Position numbers and translations under genes: made by a program. Source: Malacoraja senta (taxonomy: Eukaryota). From it: a stretch of 63,812 nucleotides of DNA. The stretch's first letter is position 1, and every line of letters begins with the position of its first letter. This document shows, piece by piece, positions 13,650-25,289 of the stretch. The DNA lies in NCBI GenBank assembly GCA_038087875.1, contig CM075995.1:746001-809812 (forward strand). The letters run 5' to 3'. The notes under the pieces are model-generated. The model was not told the DNA's origin. It made no database searches and saw nothing but the letters and a program-made list of their open reading frames with translations.

Positions 13650-14278
13650 AGAATATAGGAGCAAAGAGATCATTCTGCAGTTGTACAGAGCGCTAGTGAG
13701 ACCACACCGGGAGTATTGTGTGCAGTTTTGGTCCCCTAATCTGAGGAAGAACATTCTTGCTATTGAGGGAGTGCAACGTAGGTTTACAAGGTTAATTCCC
13801 GGGATGGCAGGACTGTCATATGCTGAGAGAATGGAGCAGCTGGGCTTGTACACTCTGGAGTTTAGAAGGATGAGAGGGCATCTCATTGAAACATATAAGA
13901 TTGTTAAGGGTTTGGACACACTAGAGGCAGGAAACATGTTCCCGATGTTGGGGGAGTCCAGAACCAGGGGCCACAGTTTAAGAATAAGGAGTAAGCCATT
14001 TAGAACGGAGACGAGGAAACACTTTTTCTCACAAAGAGTGGTGAGTCTGTGGAATTCTCTGCCTCAGAGGGCGGTGGAGGCGGGTTATCTGGATGCTTTC
14101 AAGAGAGAGCTAGATAGGGCTCTTAAAAATAGCGGAGTGAGGGGATATGGGGAGAAGGCAGGAACGGGGTATTGATTGGGGATGATCAGCCATGATCACA
14201 TTGAATGGCGGTGCTGGCTCGAATGGCCAACTGGCCTACTCCTGCACCTATTGTCCATTGTCTATTGTCTATTGTCTG
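13650..14278 (+). mobile_element. Young CR1 LINE 3' fragment with open ORF2 end
   Basis: EYRSKEIILQLYRALVRPH.EYCVQFWSP..GYGEKAGTGY*, then 3' UTR and (CTATTGT)n tail. Confidence 0.95.
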
Positions 14279-16062
14279 TTCAACCACCATAATTTTGGGT
14301 TGAAACGCTGCATTGCACTTGGGGAGAGACAGCTGTATGATACTGATAGCTAACTTGATAGTATGATACTTGGCTAACCACCCTCTCTCCACTCTGTCCT
14401 GATGCGGAGTGATGACCTAAAATGTCGACAGTTCCATTGCTCCCCCCCCCACAGATGCTGCTGGAGTTCCTCCAGTAAATCACTTGTCCTCCACATTCCA
14501 GCATCTGCAGCCTCTTGTGTTGCCCACTTCACCATCTGCAACCCCCCATCTCATAACCTCCCTAAACAGGTTGAAGACCCAGACACAAAATGCTGGAGTA
14601 ACTCAGCGGGTCAGGTAGCATCTATGGAGAAAAAGGAATAGGTGACGTTTTAGGTCGAAACCCTTCTTCAGAAGAAAGGTTTCTAAAGAAGGTCAGCAGA
14701 AAGGTTTTATAAACAATAGACAATAGATGCAGGAGTAGGCCATTCGGCCCTTCGAGCCAGCACCGCCATTCAATGTGACCATGGCTGATCATTCGTCTCG
14801 AAACGTCACCTTGGATGTGTGTCCTCACACCTTACCCTTCCATTTCTCAACATCTCGTTCTCCCCTGACTCTCAGTCTGAAGAAGGGGCTCGACCCAAAA
14901 CGTCACCCATTCCTTCTCTCCACTGCCTGTCCCGCTGAGTTACTCCAGCATTTTGTGTCTATCTTGGGTGTAAACCAGCAACCAGCATCCTTCCTACATT
15001 AAAAAGGTTGCTAAACACTTTAACCCCTCCCCCCACCCCCCCCCCCTCCCCACCCCCATTCCCACACTGACCTTTCTGTCCTGGGCCTCCTCCACTGCCA
15101 AAATGAGGACCAACGCAAATTGGAGGAACAGCACCCCATATTACACTTGGGCAGCTTACACCCCGACAGTATGAACATTGACTTCTCTAACTTCAAGTAC
15201 CTCTAGGTTTCCCTCCCTCTCCGTTCCTCCCCCACCCTAGTTCTCTGACTAGTTTCACTGTCCTGATTAAATTTTACGGATTGTACGCCTCGTTGTCAGC
15301 TTCCCCACAGCTAACAATGAACCTTTCTACATTTTCCTTGATCGTCGTCCCCTTTGATCTGTGTCTTCACACCTTACCCGTCCATATCTCTATGTCCCCC
15401 CTCTCCCCTCACTCTCAGTCTGAAGAAGGATCTCGACCGGAAACATCACCCATTCCTTCTCTCCAGAGATGCTGCCTGTCCTGCTGAGTTACTCCAGCTT
15501 TTTGTGTCTATCTTGGTTGTAAACCAGCATCTGCAGTTCCTTCCTACCTTAAATAGATTGCAATCTGATTGATTCAGTTAACAATAGAACTGATATTCTA
15601 CCATTGGTTTTGCCTATCTCTTTACAAATGGCCCATGTGTCTACCTTGTTGATAGGATTGTGCAATGAGTTAATTGGGAAAATTCAAATGAAATGGTTGA
15701 ATTTAATCAATCCAGAGACAGCATGCAGACATTCAAACAAGTTGCAGACTTAGCTTGAGATATAGGACACAGAAAAATACAGCATGGGAACAGGCCCTTC
15801 AGCCCATAATGTCTGTGCCAAACATCATGCCAAGATCACATGATCCATATCCCTCCATTCCATATCCCTGCGTCTATCTGAAGGCCTCTTAAATGCCACT
15901 GTCATATCTGCCTCCACCACCACCCCTGGCCGCATATTCCAGGCACCCACCACTCATGATGCCAAGAGCAACTCTTCTCTGCCTGCACATAATCCGTATC
16001 CCTCCATTCCCTGCATAACCATGTTCCTATCCCCATAAGACACACACAAAATGGCGGATTAA

Positions 16063-16306
16063 AGGGCCTGTCCCACTTTCACGACCTAATTCCCGACCTC
16101 TGCCGAGTTTGCCCTTGACTCATACTCGCAGCATGGTCGACACGAGGTCGTAGGAGGTCGTAGGAGGTCGTAGGTAGGTCGGAGCAGGCCGTGATGCTAG
16201 TCGTAAGTACTCGTGGCATCAAGTAGGTCGGGACGTTTTTCTAGCATGATGAATAATGTCCACGAGTAAAAAAGGTCGTGAATTAGATCGTGAAAGTGGG
16301 ACAGGC
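16063..16306. mobile_element. PIF/Harbinger-like MITE
   Basis: TIR AGGGCCTGTCCCACTTTCACGACCTAATTC..GAATTAGATCGTGAAAGTGGGACAGGC preceded by TAA; internal GGTCGTA repeats. Confidence 0.75.
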
Positions 16307-18064
16307 AGCATCTCTGGAGAAAAGGAATGGTTGACATTTTGGGTCGAGACCCTTCTTCAGACTGAGAGTCAGGGGAGAGGAAAACTAAAGGTATGAAAAG
16401 GTATGGAACAAATTAGAGCCGGCACCGATGGCCAAGGAGCCCACAATGGTCCATTGTTGGCTGTGAAGGAGGTGATAATGAGGGGATAGGAACAGTGAAT
16501 ATAAGTCTCTTAAATGCCACTATCGTATCCTCCTCCACCATCGCTCCCGGCAACACATTCCAGGCACTCATCACCGTCCGTGTAACAAGTCTGCCCCGCA
16601 CATCTCCTTTAAACTTTGCTCCCTCACCTTAAAACTATGCCCTCTAGTTTTTGACATTTCCACCCTGAAAAATAGGTGCGGACTGTCTAAGTGAATACCT
16701 ATTATCTCTCTATATCACTGTCTATATCTCTGGTTTGCCATTCCCCTGACTCTCTGTCTGAAGAAGGGTCTCGACCCGAAACCTCACCTATTCCTTTTCG
16801 CCAGAGATGCTGCCTGACCCGCTGAGTTACTCCAGTTCTTTGTGTCTATCTTCAGTGAATTGTGTTTTGACATGTGCTCAGAAATTCCAGATGGGACTAC
16901 ATGAGAAGGACTGATAAAGGAAAGGATAAAAGCAAACACCAAAAAGTTTAAACCACCCTGAATGTTCTGTTGATTCTTTGCCGACCGACAATGTGCAGAT
17001 TCTACGGGACAAAGTCTCTTGTCATTTAAACAATGGAGTGTATTGTTTTACGTGGAAATGTTTCTCAAGCCAAATTGTTCATTAAATGTAAGCGCTCATC
17101 ATCTTTTAGTTTAGTTTAGAGATACAGCGCGGAAACAGGCCCTTTGGCCCACCGTGTCCAGCGATCCCAGCACACTAACGTTCTCCTACACACCACTGGG
17201 GACAATTTTACATTCATAGCAAGCCAATTAATCTACAAAAACGTGTACACATCTTTGGAGACTGCTAGTTGTTATGCTTCAGCTGCTTATGGCCTTGCTC
17301 AGGCCCTATCTGGATATTTGCATTTGAGTTGGGAACTACAACTTATAAAGGATTCATTGGCGTTAAGTGGGTTCCAGTTCAGATTTACCCAAATGAGAAT
17401 TGGGCTAGAATGGTTAAACTATCTGGATGGGTTGTATAAATATCCATATCATCAAGCCGCACAGTGTGGAAACAGGCCCTTCAGCCCAGCTTGTCCACAC
17501 CGACCAACATGCCTCATCCACACTAGTCCCACCTGCCCGCACGTGGCCCATATCCCTCTAAACATGTCCAATAGTGGTACCTGTCCAAATGTGTCTTAAA
17601 CGTTAAGATAGTATCTGCCTCAACTACCTCCTCCGGTGACTCTTTCCATACATCCACCACCCTTTGTGTAAAAAAAGTTTCCCCTCTGGTACCTATTAAT
17701 CTTTCCTGGCTCACCTTAAACCTATGTCCTCTGGTTCTCGATTCCCCTACTCTGGGTCAAAAAAGACAAAAAGACCCGATCTATTCCTCTCATGATCTTG
17801 TACACCTGTATAAGTTCACCCCTCATCCTCCTGTGCTCCAAGGAATAAAGTCCTAGCCTGCTCATGACATAGAAGTTGCAACATGACCTCCCAACTTCTA
17901 TACTCAATGCTGTGACTGATGAAGGCCAATGTACCTGAAGCCTTTTTGACCACCCTGCCTACCTATGGTACCACTTTCCTTTCAAGGAACTTTCAAGAGC
18001 CCTACTATTCACTGTGTAGGTCCTGCCCTTGTTAGACTTCTAAAATGCAACATCTCACACCTCA

Positions 18065-18555
18065 CAGGAAGGATCTGGAGAGGGTCCAGAGGAGGTTAAC
18101 AAGAATGATCCCACGAATGAGTAGGTTAACCTATAATGAGCATTTGTAGGCACTGGGCCTGTACTCGCTGGAGTTTAGAAGAATGAAGGGGGGAACCTCA
18201 TTGAAACATACAGATAGTGAAAGGCTTGGATAGAGTGGATGTGGAGAGGATGTTTCCACTAGTGGGAGAGTCTAGGACTAGAGGTCACAGCCTCAGAATT
18301 AAAGGACGTTCGTTTAGGAAGGAGATGAGGAGAAATTTCTTTAGTCAGAGGGTGGTGAATCTGTGGAATTCTTTGCCACAGAAAGCTGTGGATATTTTTA
18401 AGGGAGAGATAGATTCTTGCTTAGTACAGGTGTCAGAGGTTATGGGGAGAAGGCAGGAGAATGGGGTTAGGAGGGAGAGATAGATCAGCCATGATTGAAT
18501 GGCGGAGTAGGCTTGATGGGCCAAATGGATTCATTCTACTCCTATAACTTATGAT
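18065..18555 (+). mobile_element. CR1 LINE 3' fragment
   Basis: KGLDRVDVERMFPLVGESRTRGHSLRIKG..FFSQRVVNLWNSLP. Confidence 0.9.
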
Positions 18556-18559
18556 CTCT

Positions 18560-19440
18560 TCTGTATTAAATTCCATCAACCATTCCTCAGCCCACCCGGC
18601 CAATCGATCAAGATCCTACTACAACCATCTTCACTATCTACAATACCACCCAATTTAATGTCATCAGCAAATTTGCTAATCATGCCATGTACGTTCTCAT
18701 TCAAATCATTGATGTAGATGACAAACAGTAACGGGCCCAGCACCAAACCCTGAGTCACAGGCATCCAGTCGGAAAAGCAATTTTCCACCAACACACTCTG
18801 CTTCCTTCCATGAAACCAATTTTCTATCCATTCAACGATCTCTCCTTGGATCCTGTGCAAACTAACCTTCCAGAGCAGCCTCCCATGCGTAACCTTGTCG
18901 AATATTTTGCTGAAATCTGTGTATACAACATCTACAGCTCCACCTTTATCAACCTTGTTGGTCTTCAAAAAACTCAATCAGATTCGTGAGACACAATCTC
19001 CCACGTACAAAACCATGCATGTGTATCTTACCCCTCAGAATATTCTCTGGTAACTTTCCGACCACAGATGATAGACTCACTGGCATGTAGTTCACAGGCT
19101 TTTCCCTGCAGCCCATCTTAAATAAAGGCACAACATTTGCCACCCTCCAGTCTTCCGGCACCTCTCCTGTACCTAATGATGACTCATAAATCTCAGCCAG
19201 GGCTCCTGTAATTTCCTCTCTAGTTTCCCACAATGTCCTTGGATATATCTGATCAGGCCCGGAAGATTTGTCTACCTTCAAACATGTTAGGACCTTCAGC
19301 ATCTCCTCGACTATAATACTGACTGCTCTCAAGACACTTCAATTGAATTGAATTGAATTGAATTGAATATTTTATTGACTGCCCCAAGTTCCTCCGTACT
19401 CCTGTCTTTGTCCTCGGTAAAAAAAGAGGAGAAATACTTT
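18560..19440 (-). mobile_element. CR1 LINE RT-domain fragment (frameshifted)
   Basis: KSSGPDQIYPR.L.E, EDWRVANVVPLFK, DVVY.DFSK.FDKV.H, LGPLLF.IYINDL, KFADD motifs. Confidence 0.92.
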
Positions 19441-19494
19441 TTTAAAATGGAAACATACAAGATTATTAATGGTTTGGACAACATGTTCCCGATG

Positions 19495-19945
19495 TTTAAA
19501 GAAGGAACTGCAGATGCTGGAAAATCGAAGGTACACAAAAATGCTGGAGAAACTCAGCGGTGGCAGCAGCATCTATGGAGCGAAGGAAATAGGTAACGTT
19601 TCGGGCCGAAACCCTTCTTCAGACTGATAGGGGGTGGGGAGAAGAAAGAAAGAAAAAGGAAAAAGGCGGAGGAGGAGCCCCCGAGCGGCTGGGGGGAGGG
19701 GAGGAGACAACCAGATGGCTGATGAAGGGGAGGGGACAGCAAGGGGCTAGCAGAATTGGGAGAATTCAATGTTCAAGCCCCCAGGATGTAGACTGCCCAA
19801 GTGGAATATGAGGTGCATTTCCTCCAATTTACGGTGTTGCTGCTCGCTGTGGCCATGGAGGAGACCCAGGACAGAGAGGTCAGATACGGAATGGGAGGGG
19901 GAGTTGAAGTGCTGAGCCACCGGGAGGTCAGGTTGGTTATTGCGG
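19495..19945 (-). mobile_element. Penelope-like 3' end (GIY-YIG C-terminus plus pLTR)
   Basis: DLPVAQHFNSPSHS..LSVLGL..RKLEE.HLIF.LGSL.P.GLNIEFS followed by the pLTR motif. Confidence 0.85.
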
Positions 19946-19981
19946 ACCTGACTTCTGGACCTGGTTCTGGACTCCCCCAAC

Positions 19982-20305
19982 TTCCCGATGTTGGGGGAGT
20001 CCAGAACCAGGAGCCACAGTTTAAGAATAAGGGGGTAAGCCATTTAGAATGGAAATGAGGAAAAACTTTTTCGCACAGAGAGTTGTGAGTCTGTGGAATT
20101 CTCTGCCTCAGAGGGCGGTGAGGGTGGTTCTCTGGATGCTTTCAAGAGAGAGTTAAGAGCTCTTAAAGGTAGCGGAGTCAAGGGATATGGGGAGAAGGAA
20201 GGAACAGGGGGTACTGATTGTGGATACAGCCATGATCACATTGAATGGCGGTGCTGGCTCGAAGGGCCAAATGGCCTACTCCTGCACCTATTGTCTATTG
20301 TCTAT
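19982..20305 (+). mobile_element. CR1 LINE 3' fragment
   Basis: GGGGAGTCCAGAACCAGG..3' UTR and (CTATTGT)n tail. Confidence 0.85.
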
Positions 20306-21008
20306 TCTTTGTCTGAAGAAGGGTCTCGACCCGCAACGTCACCCATTCCATCTATCCAGAGATACTGCCTGTCCCGCTGAGTTACTCCAGCATTTTGTGT
20401 CTATGTACAGATGCTTAGAGATAATAATAATAATAATAATAAATTTTATTTGTGGGCGCCTATACAGAAGTCTCAAGGACACCTTACAGAATTTAACAAA
20501 GAAACATATAATTGGAGTAAAATAAGTTATAAAGACATCACCAATACACAAATTAAAGGTCGGGAACCTTCTCAGATGCTGTTACTCCAACATTTTGTAT
20601 CTATCTCAGGTGTAAACCAGCATCTGCAGTTCCTTCTGCAGTTTCCCCGAGAAACAAGGAAATGCAGATGCCGGTTTAGGAAAAAAAAGACAAAATGCTG
20701 GAGTAAGTCAGTGGGACATGCAGCATCTCTGGAGAATGTGGATAAGTGACATCTCATTTCGGTCCGAGTCTGAAGATGGGTCATGACCCAAACCGTCACC
20801 TCTCCATGTTCTCCAGAGATGCTGCCTGACCCGCTCAGTTACTCCAGCACTCTGTGTCCTTTTTTTTTGCATAATGTATGGTAACATTGTCACCTCAAAC
20901 AGAAAAATAATTTCACTCTACTTCGCTACACGGGACAATAAAGTACCATTGTAATCAGCACCTCATTGACTGCAGTTGCAATAAGTTCATTTTGGAGTTC
21001 CTCTGGCT

Positions 21009-21436
21009 CTTCTTAGGCCCCCTTCGGTCATTGCTGACCATGGGTGTCTCTAGGGTGCTATTCCCTAGATGGAGGATGCCTATGCGTGACTTTGTTTAAC
21101 GTGGGGAGAGTGGTGCACAGACAGCCACCCTGCGGTCCTTGACAGATCCGGGTCAGGATCCCGTGGCATGGAGTCCAAGATGACCGGAGACCCTTTTCTG
21201 CTGCAGCATTCATCCGCCTTCCCAGCCGTTGTGACGCTCCACTAAAGTCAGCCATCGTCCTCCGCCTGTTCCACCGTTGTGGTCTTGGTTGGATTGTTCT
21301 TTGTCAGAGTCCTCCCCCTCGACCTTACCGCCATGGGTGGCCCTACCAGGAGCATAGCTCCAGACGGCATCGCTCTCAGGATCTCAGGTCAACACAAGCT
21401 TCTCCACCATGACAAGGTGACAATCCACGGAGAAGA
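21009..21436 (-). mobile_element. Bipartite non-autonomous RTE-type retroelement (5'UTR plus 3' tail)
   Basis: 10-bp TSD TCCTCTGGCT (20999-21008, 21437-21446); 5' part resembles RTE/BovB-type 5'UTRs (CACCTTGTC.TGGTG..GGGCCACCCA..CTCTGACAAA); short GAA tail; no ORF. Confidence 0.75.
21291..21435 (-). ncRNA. Putative HDV-like ribozyme fold with long P4, probably decayed
   Basis: P1 CTTCTCC/GGAGAAG, P2 GGATTGTC/G(A)ACAATCC, P3 ACC/GGT, L3 TTGTCAT, J4/2 C-AAA; begins 1 nt from the element's 5' end. Confidence 0.55.
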
Positions 21437-22129
21437 TCCTCTGGCTACTTTGCAGGATATTAAATTAACCGAGGCTTCGTGTCACTTCTATTGACGATGA
21501 AATTTACTCCCAGTCCTGCCGTTTAATTTATTGGTTTAAATCATTGATTAGAGGGCCAAATCACATGACGTTGCCTTTCCACTTATCGTAGCTTGGAGGA
21601 TGATTCATAATGATTCATAATGTGGCGTTGATTTAGAAGTTACACCAAAATGCTGGAGAAACTCAGCGGGTGCAGCAGCATCTATGGAGCGAAGGAAATA
21701 GGCAACGTTTCGGGCCGAAACCCTTCTTCAGACTGATAGGGGGTTGGGAGAAGAAAGGAAAAAAGGCGGAGGAGGAGCCCGAGGGCTGAGCGATGGGAGG
21801 AGACTTGATTTAGAAGTGTTGATTCTACCTTTGGTCAAAGCTTTGTTTCATCTGGCGATGTCATGGGCTGGTGATCTAAAAGCGTGACCACATGCTGACA
21901 TTAATGTGTTAAAGAAGGAACTGCAGATGCTGGAAAATCGAAGGTACACAAAAATGCTGGAGAAACTCAGCGGGTGCAGCAGCATTTATGGAGCGAAGGA
22001 AATAGGCAACGTTTCGGGCCGAAACCCTTCTTCAGACATTTAAACCCTGCTGACATTAATGATTGGCTTTAACACCCAATGCTGTGAACAATGCCATATA
22101 TCCATAAAGGCAAACGCAAGGCTGCCCGT

Positions 22130-22720
22130 TTATTTCGAGAGGGGCTGGAATACAAAATCAGGGATGTAATGCTGAGGCTCTACAAGGCGCTAGTCAGGCC
22201 GCATTCGGAGTAGTGTGAGCTGTTTTGGGCCCTAAATCTGAGGAAGGATGTGCTGGCTCTGGAGAGGGTCCAGAGGAGGTTTACAAGAATGATCCCAGGA
22301 ATGAGTGGGTTAACATATGATGGGTGTTTGAATGCACTGGGCCTGTACTCGCTGGAGTTTACAAGGTTGAGGGGGGACCTCATTGAAATTCACTGAACAG
22401 TGAAAGGCCTGGATAGAGTGGATGTTTGCACTAGTGGGAGAGGCTAGGACCAGATGCCATAGCCTCAGAATAAAAGGGCGTCCCTTTAGAAAGGAGATGG
22501 GGGGGGGAATTTCTTTTGTCAGAGGGTGGTGAATCTGTGGAATTCACCGTGGAGGCCAAGTCAATGGGTATTTTTAAGGCTGAGATTCGTGATTAGTGCG
22601 GGTGTCAGGGGTTATGGGGAGAAGGCAGGAGAATGGGGTTGAGCGGGAAAGATAGATCAGCCACGATTGAATGGCGGAGTAGACTTGCTGGGCCAAATGG
22701 CCTAATTCTGCTCCTAAAAC
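22130..22720 (+). mobile_element. CR1 LINE 3' fragment
   Basis: Degenerate CR1 ORF2 end and 3' UTR. Confidence 0.85.
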
Positions 22721-23136
22721 AAATGTAAGTTATGCACTTATGAATTTATATAAAGGCAATTCTTTCTTTCTCTACTTGGGAGCACAAAGAATATTTTGCA
22801 TTTCCCAGTCAATTTTTTTTTTTAGCATTACCATCTGTTTGCATCGTTTTATTTTTCTACTGAAGTGTTGCAGCATCCTGTGGCAAAATTATCTCAGCTT
22901 GTTTAAAATTCAAGCAGCATAAACCAGCCACCCACTCCACTCTCCACCCACTGCCTGGGCAAAGCTGTGCTAATCCAGCCGTGATGTCGGCCTTTCTCCA
23001 ACTGTGTGGAAAAGTAGCTCAGGTACAGCTCTTTTAGTTTCAGTTCAGAGATACAGCGTGGAAACAGGCCCTTCGGCCCACCGAGTCCGTGCCGACCACC
23101 AATCACCCACTCACAGTAGTTCAATGCTAATTTATC

Positions 23137-23280
23137 GGCGGCACAGTAACGCAGCGGTAGAGTTGCTGCCTTGCAGCGCCAGGGACCCCGGTTCGAGTCT
23201 GACTATGGTCGCTGTCTCTATGGAGTTTGTACGTTGGCCCCGTGACCGTGTGAGTTTTCTCCGGGTGCACCAGTTTTCTC
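23137..23280 (+). mobile_element. HE1-type SINE, 5' half (3' half resumes at 25291-25455)
   Basis: SINE sequence breaks at CCAGTTTTCTC and resumes with the same 11-mer at 25291 followed by CCACACTCCAAAGAC. Confidence 0.88.
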
Positions 23281-23282
23281 TC

Positions 23283-24052
23283 ATAGATACATAGATACAT
23301 AGAAAATAGGTGCAGGAGTAGGCCATTCGGCCCTTCGAGCCTGCACCGCCATTCAATATGATCATGGCTGATCATCCAACTCAGTATCCCGTACCTGCCT
23401 TCTCTCCATACCCCCTGATCCCTTTAGCCACAAGGGCCACATCTAACTCCCTCTTAAATATAGCCAATGAACTGGCCTCAACTACCCTCTGTGGCAGAGA
23501 GTTCCAGAGATTCACCACTCTCTGTGTAAAAAAGTTTTTCCTCATCTCGGTCTTAAAGGATTTCCCCCTTATCCTTAAGCTGTGAACCCTTGTCCTGGAC
23601 TTCCCCAACATCGGGAACAATCTTCCTGCATCTAGCCTGTCCAACCCCATAAGAATTTTGTACGTTTCTATAAGATCCCCTCTCAATCTCCTAAATTCTA
23701 GCGAGTATAAGCCAAGTCTATCCAGTCTTTCTTCATATGAAAGTCCTGACATCCTAGGAATCAGTCTGGTGAACCTTCTCTGCACTCCCTCTATGGCTAT
23801 AATGTCCTTCCTCAGATTTGGAGACCAAAACTGTACGCAATACTCCAGGTGTGGTCTCACCAAGACCATGTACAACTGCAGTAGAACCTCCCTGCTCCTA
23901 TACTCAAATCCTTTTGCTATGAAAGCTAACATACCATTCGCTTTCTTCACTGCCTGCTGCACCTGCATGCCTACTTTCAATGAGTGGTGTACCATGACAC
24001 CCAGGTCTCGCTGCATCTCCCCTTTTCCTAATCGGCCACCATTTAGATAATA
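23283..24052 (-). mobile_element. Young CR1 LINE 3' fragment, part of the composite insertion
   Basis: Open 211-aa frame QRDLGV..GYGEKAGTGY*, 3' UTR and (CTATGTAT)n tail. Confidence 0.95.
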
Positions 24053-24500
24053 TTTTTTTTATCATACGCCAGGCTTTATTCCGCATGGTTGCTATTAGCT
24101 TCTTTTTCTCTTCCACTTCTTCCAAAACCTTGGCAAGTTCCCCCTCTGACAGAGAATCTTCACTGTCTGATGAATCTGATGATGAGCTGGAGGATTTGCC
24201 TTTCTTTTTTCCATTACGTCTTTCGCCCTTCTTATCACCTTTCTTGGTTCCTTGTTTTTCCTTCTTATTATCTTCATCTTTCTGCTTCTTGTTCACATTG
24301 TTTCTATTATTACCGTGGGCTGGGGTCCTTTTTGATTTCGCATTTCTTCCCTTTGGTTCACTGTCATTGTCACTTTCTTCCTTTCTGTTATTCCTATTGT
24401 TTCTTGCTTTTACCCTTGAATTTTTAGCTCCCCCTTTTTTGCTTTCCACTTCTTCTTCATCATCGTCATCTTCTTCTTCGTCACTTTCATGGCCTCTATT
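24053..24500 (-). pseudogene. tmc2: Captured fragment of a TMC2-like (transmembrane channel-like) N-terminal coding sequence
   Basis: Open frame ..GHESDEEEDDDDEEEVESKK..KKKGKSSSSSSDSSDSEDSLSEGELAKVLEEVEEKKKLIATMRNKAWRMIKK closely matches recalled TMC2 (SLSEEELAQILEQVEEKKKLIATMRSKPWPMAKK); no splice donor, fused directly to CR1. Confidence 0.82.
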
Positions 24501-25289
24501 GAGTCACGGCACCCCTTTGCCACGCAAGCCCAAGAGCTGCTCTGCACAACACCGGCTGACGCTTCTAAGGCCGCCTGGGTCAAGACGAGATGGAGAGACC
24601 AGTGGAAGTCAGCGGAACCATCTAGGCTACACCAGTACATCGATAATAATAATAATAATAATGGATTGGATTTATATAGCGCCTTTCTAATACTCAAGGC
24701 GCTTTACATCGCATTATTCATTCACTCCTCAGTCACACTCGGTGGTGGTGAGCTACTTCTGTAGCCACAGCTGCCCTGGGGCAGACTGACGGAAGCGTGG
24801 CTGCTAATCTGCGCCCACGGCCCCTCCGACCACCACCAATCACTCATACACATTCACACACATTCACACGCAGGCAAAGGTGGGTGTAGTGTCTTGCCCA
24901 AGGACACAACGACAGTATGCACTCCAAGCGGGATTCGAACCAGCTACCTTCCGGTTGCCAGCCGAACACTTAGCCCATTGCGCCATCTGTCGTCCGCATG
25001 ACCCCATGGACGTCCCTGGCCAGGACCTGCCCCGAAAGCAGTGGACAACCCTCAACCGCTTGAGGACAGGCATCGGACGCTATGCAGTAGCGATGAAGAG
25101 GTGGGGCCTCGTGGACAGCGCCTCCTGCGAGTGTGGGAACCCAACACAGACAGTGGAGCACATCGGCACCAGTTGTCCCAAACACCGGCCACCGAATGGT
25201 GAACGAGGTCTGATTGACCCGGACGATGACACGTTGGCCTGGCTCCCCTCAACGGAGCTGCAGGTCTAAAAGACATACGACAGAAGAAG
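24501..25289 (+). mobile_element. Vingi/Ingi-related LINE 3' fragment, interrupted by a SINE
   Basis: SRHPF..W..QW..YID|DPMDVPGQDLPRKQWTTLNRLRTGIGR..WG..CECGNPTQTVEHIGTSC (CCHC finger), stop, very short 3' UTR CATACGACAGAAGAAG. Confidence 0.72.
24644..24997 (-). mobile_element. tRNA-derived CORE-like SINE with L2-type 3' tail
   Basis: Reverse complement: A box TGGCGCAATGG, B box GGTTCGAATCC, core-like TGTGTCCTTGGGCAAGACAC, tail TGTAAAGCGCCTTGAG..AAAGGCGCTATATAAAT and (ATT)n. Confidence 0.85.

Noticed and set aside
17260..17450. Part of the 151-aa ORF as a host exon
   Set aside because: Appears to be a highly decayed CR1 segment joined to SINE and CR1 pieces
23904..24449. TMC2 ORF as a functional exon of a resident gene
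   Set aside because: No splice donor, fused to CR1, enclosed in a TSD-flanked insertion, and no transmembrane-domain exons in the window
24925..24997. tRNA gene (A and B boxes)
   Set aside because: Head of a SINE, continuous with core and tail; the same applies to HE1 heads
24501..25289. RTE-X assignment for this LINE
   Set aside because: The C-terminal LNRLRTG.GR..WG..CECG..QT..H...C pattern fits Vingi/Ingi-related elements better
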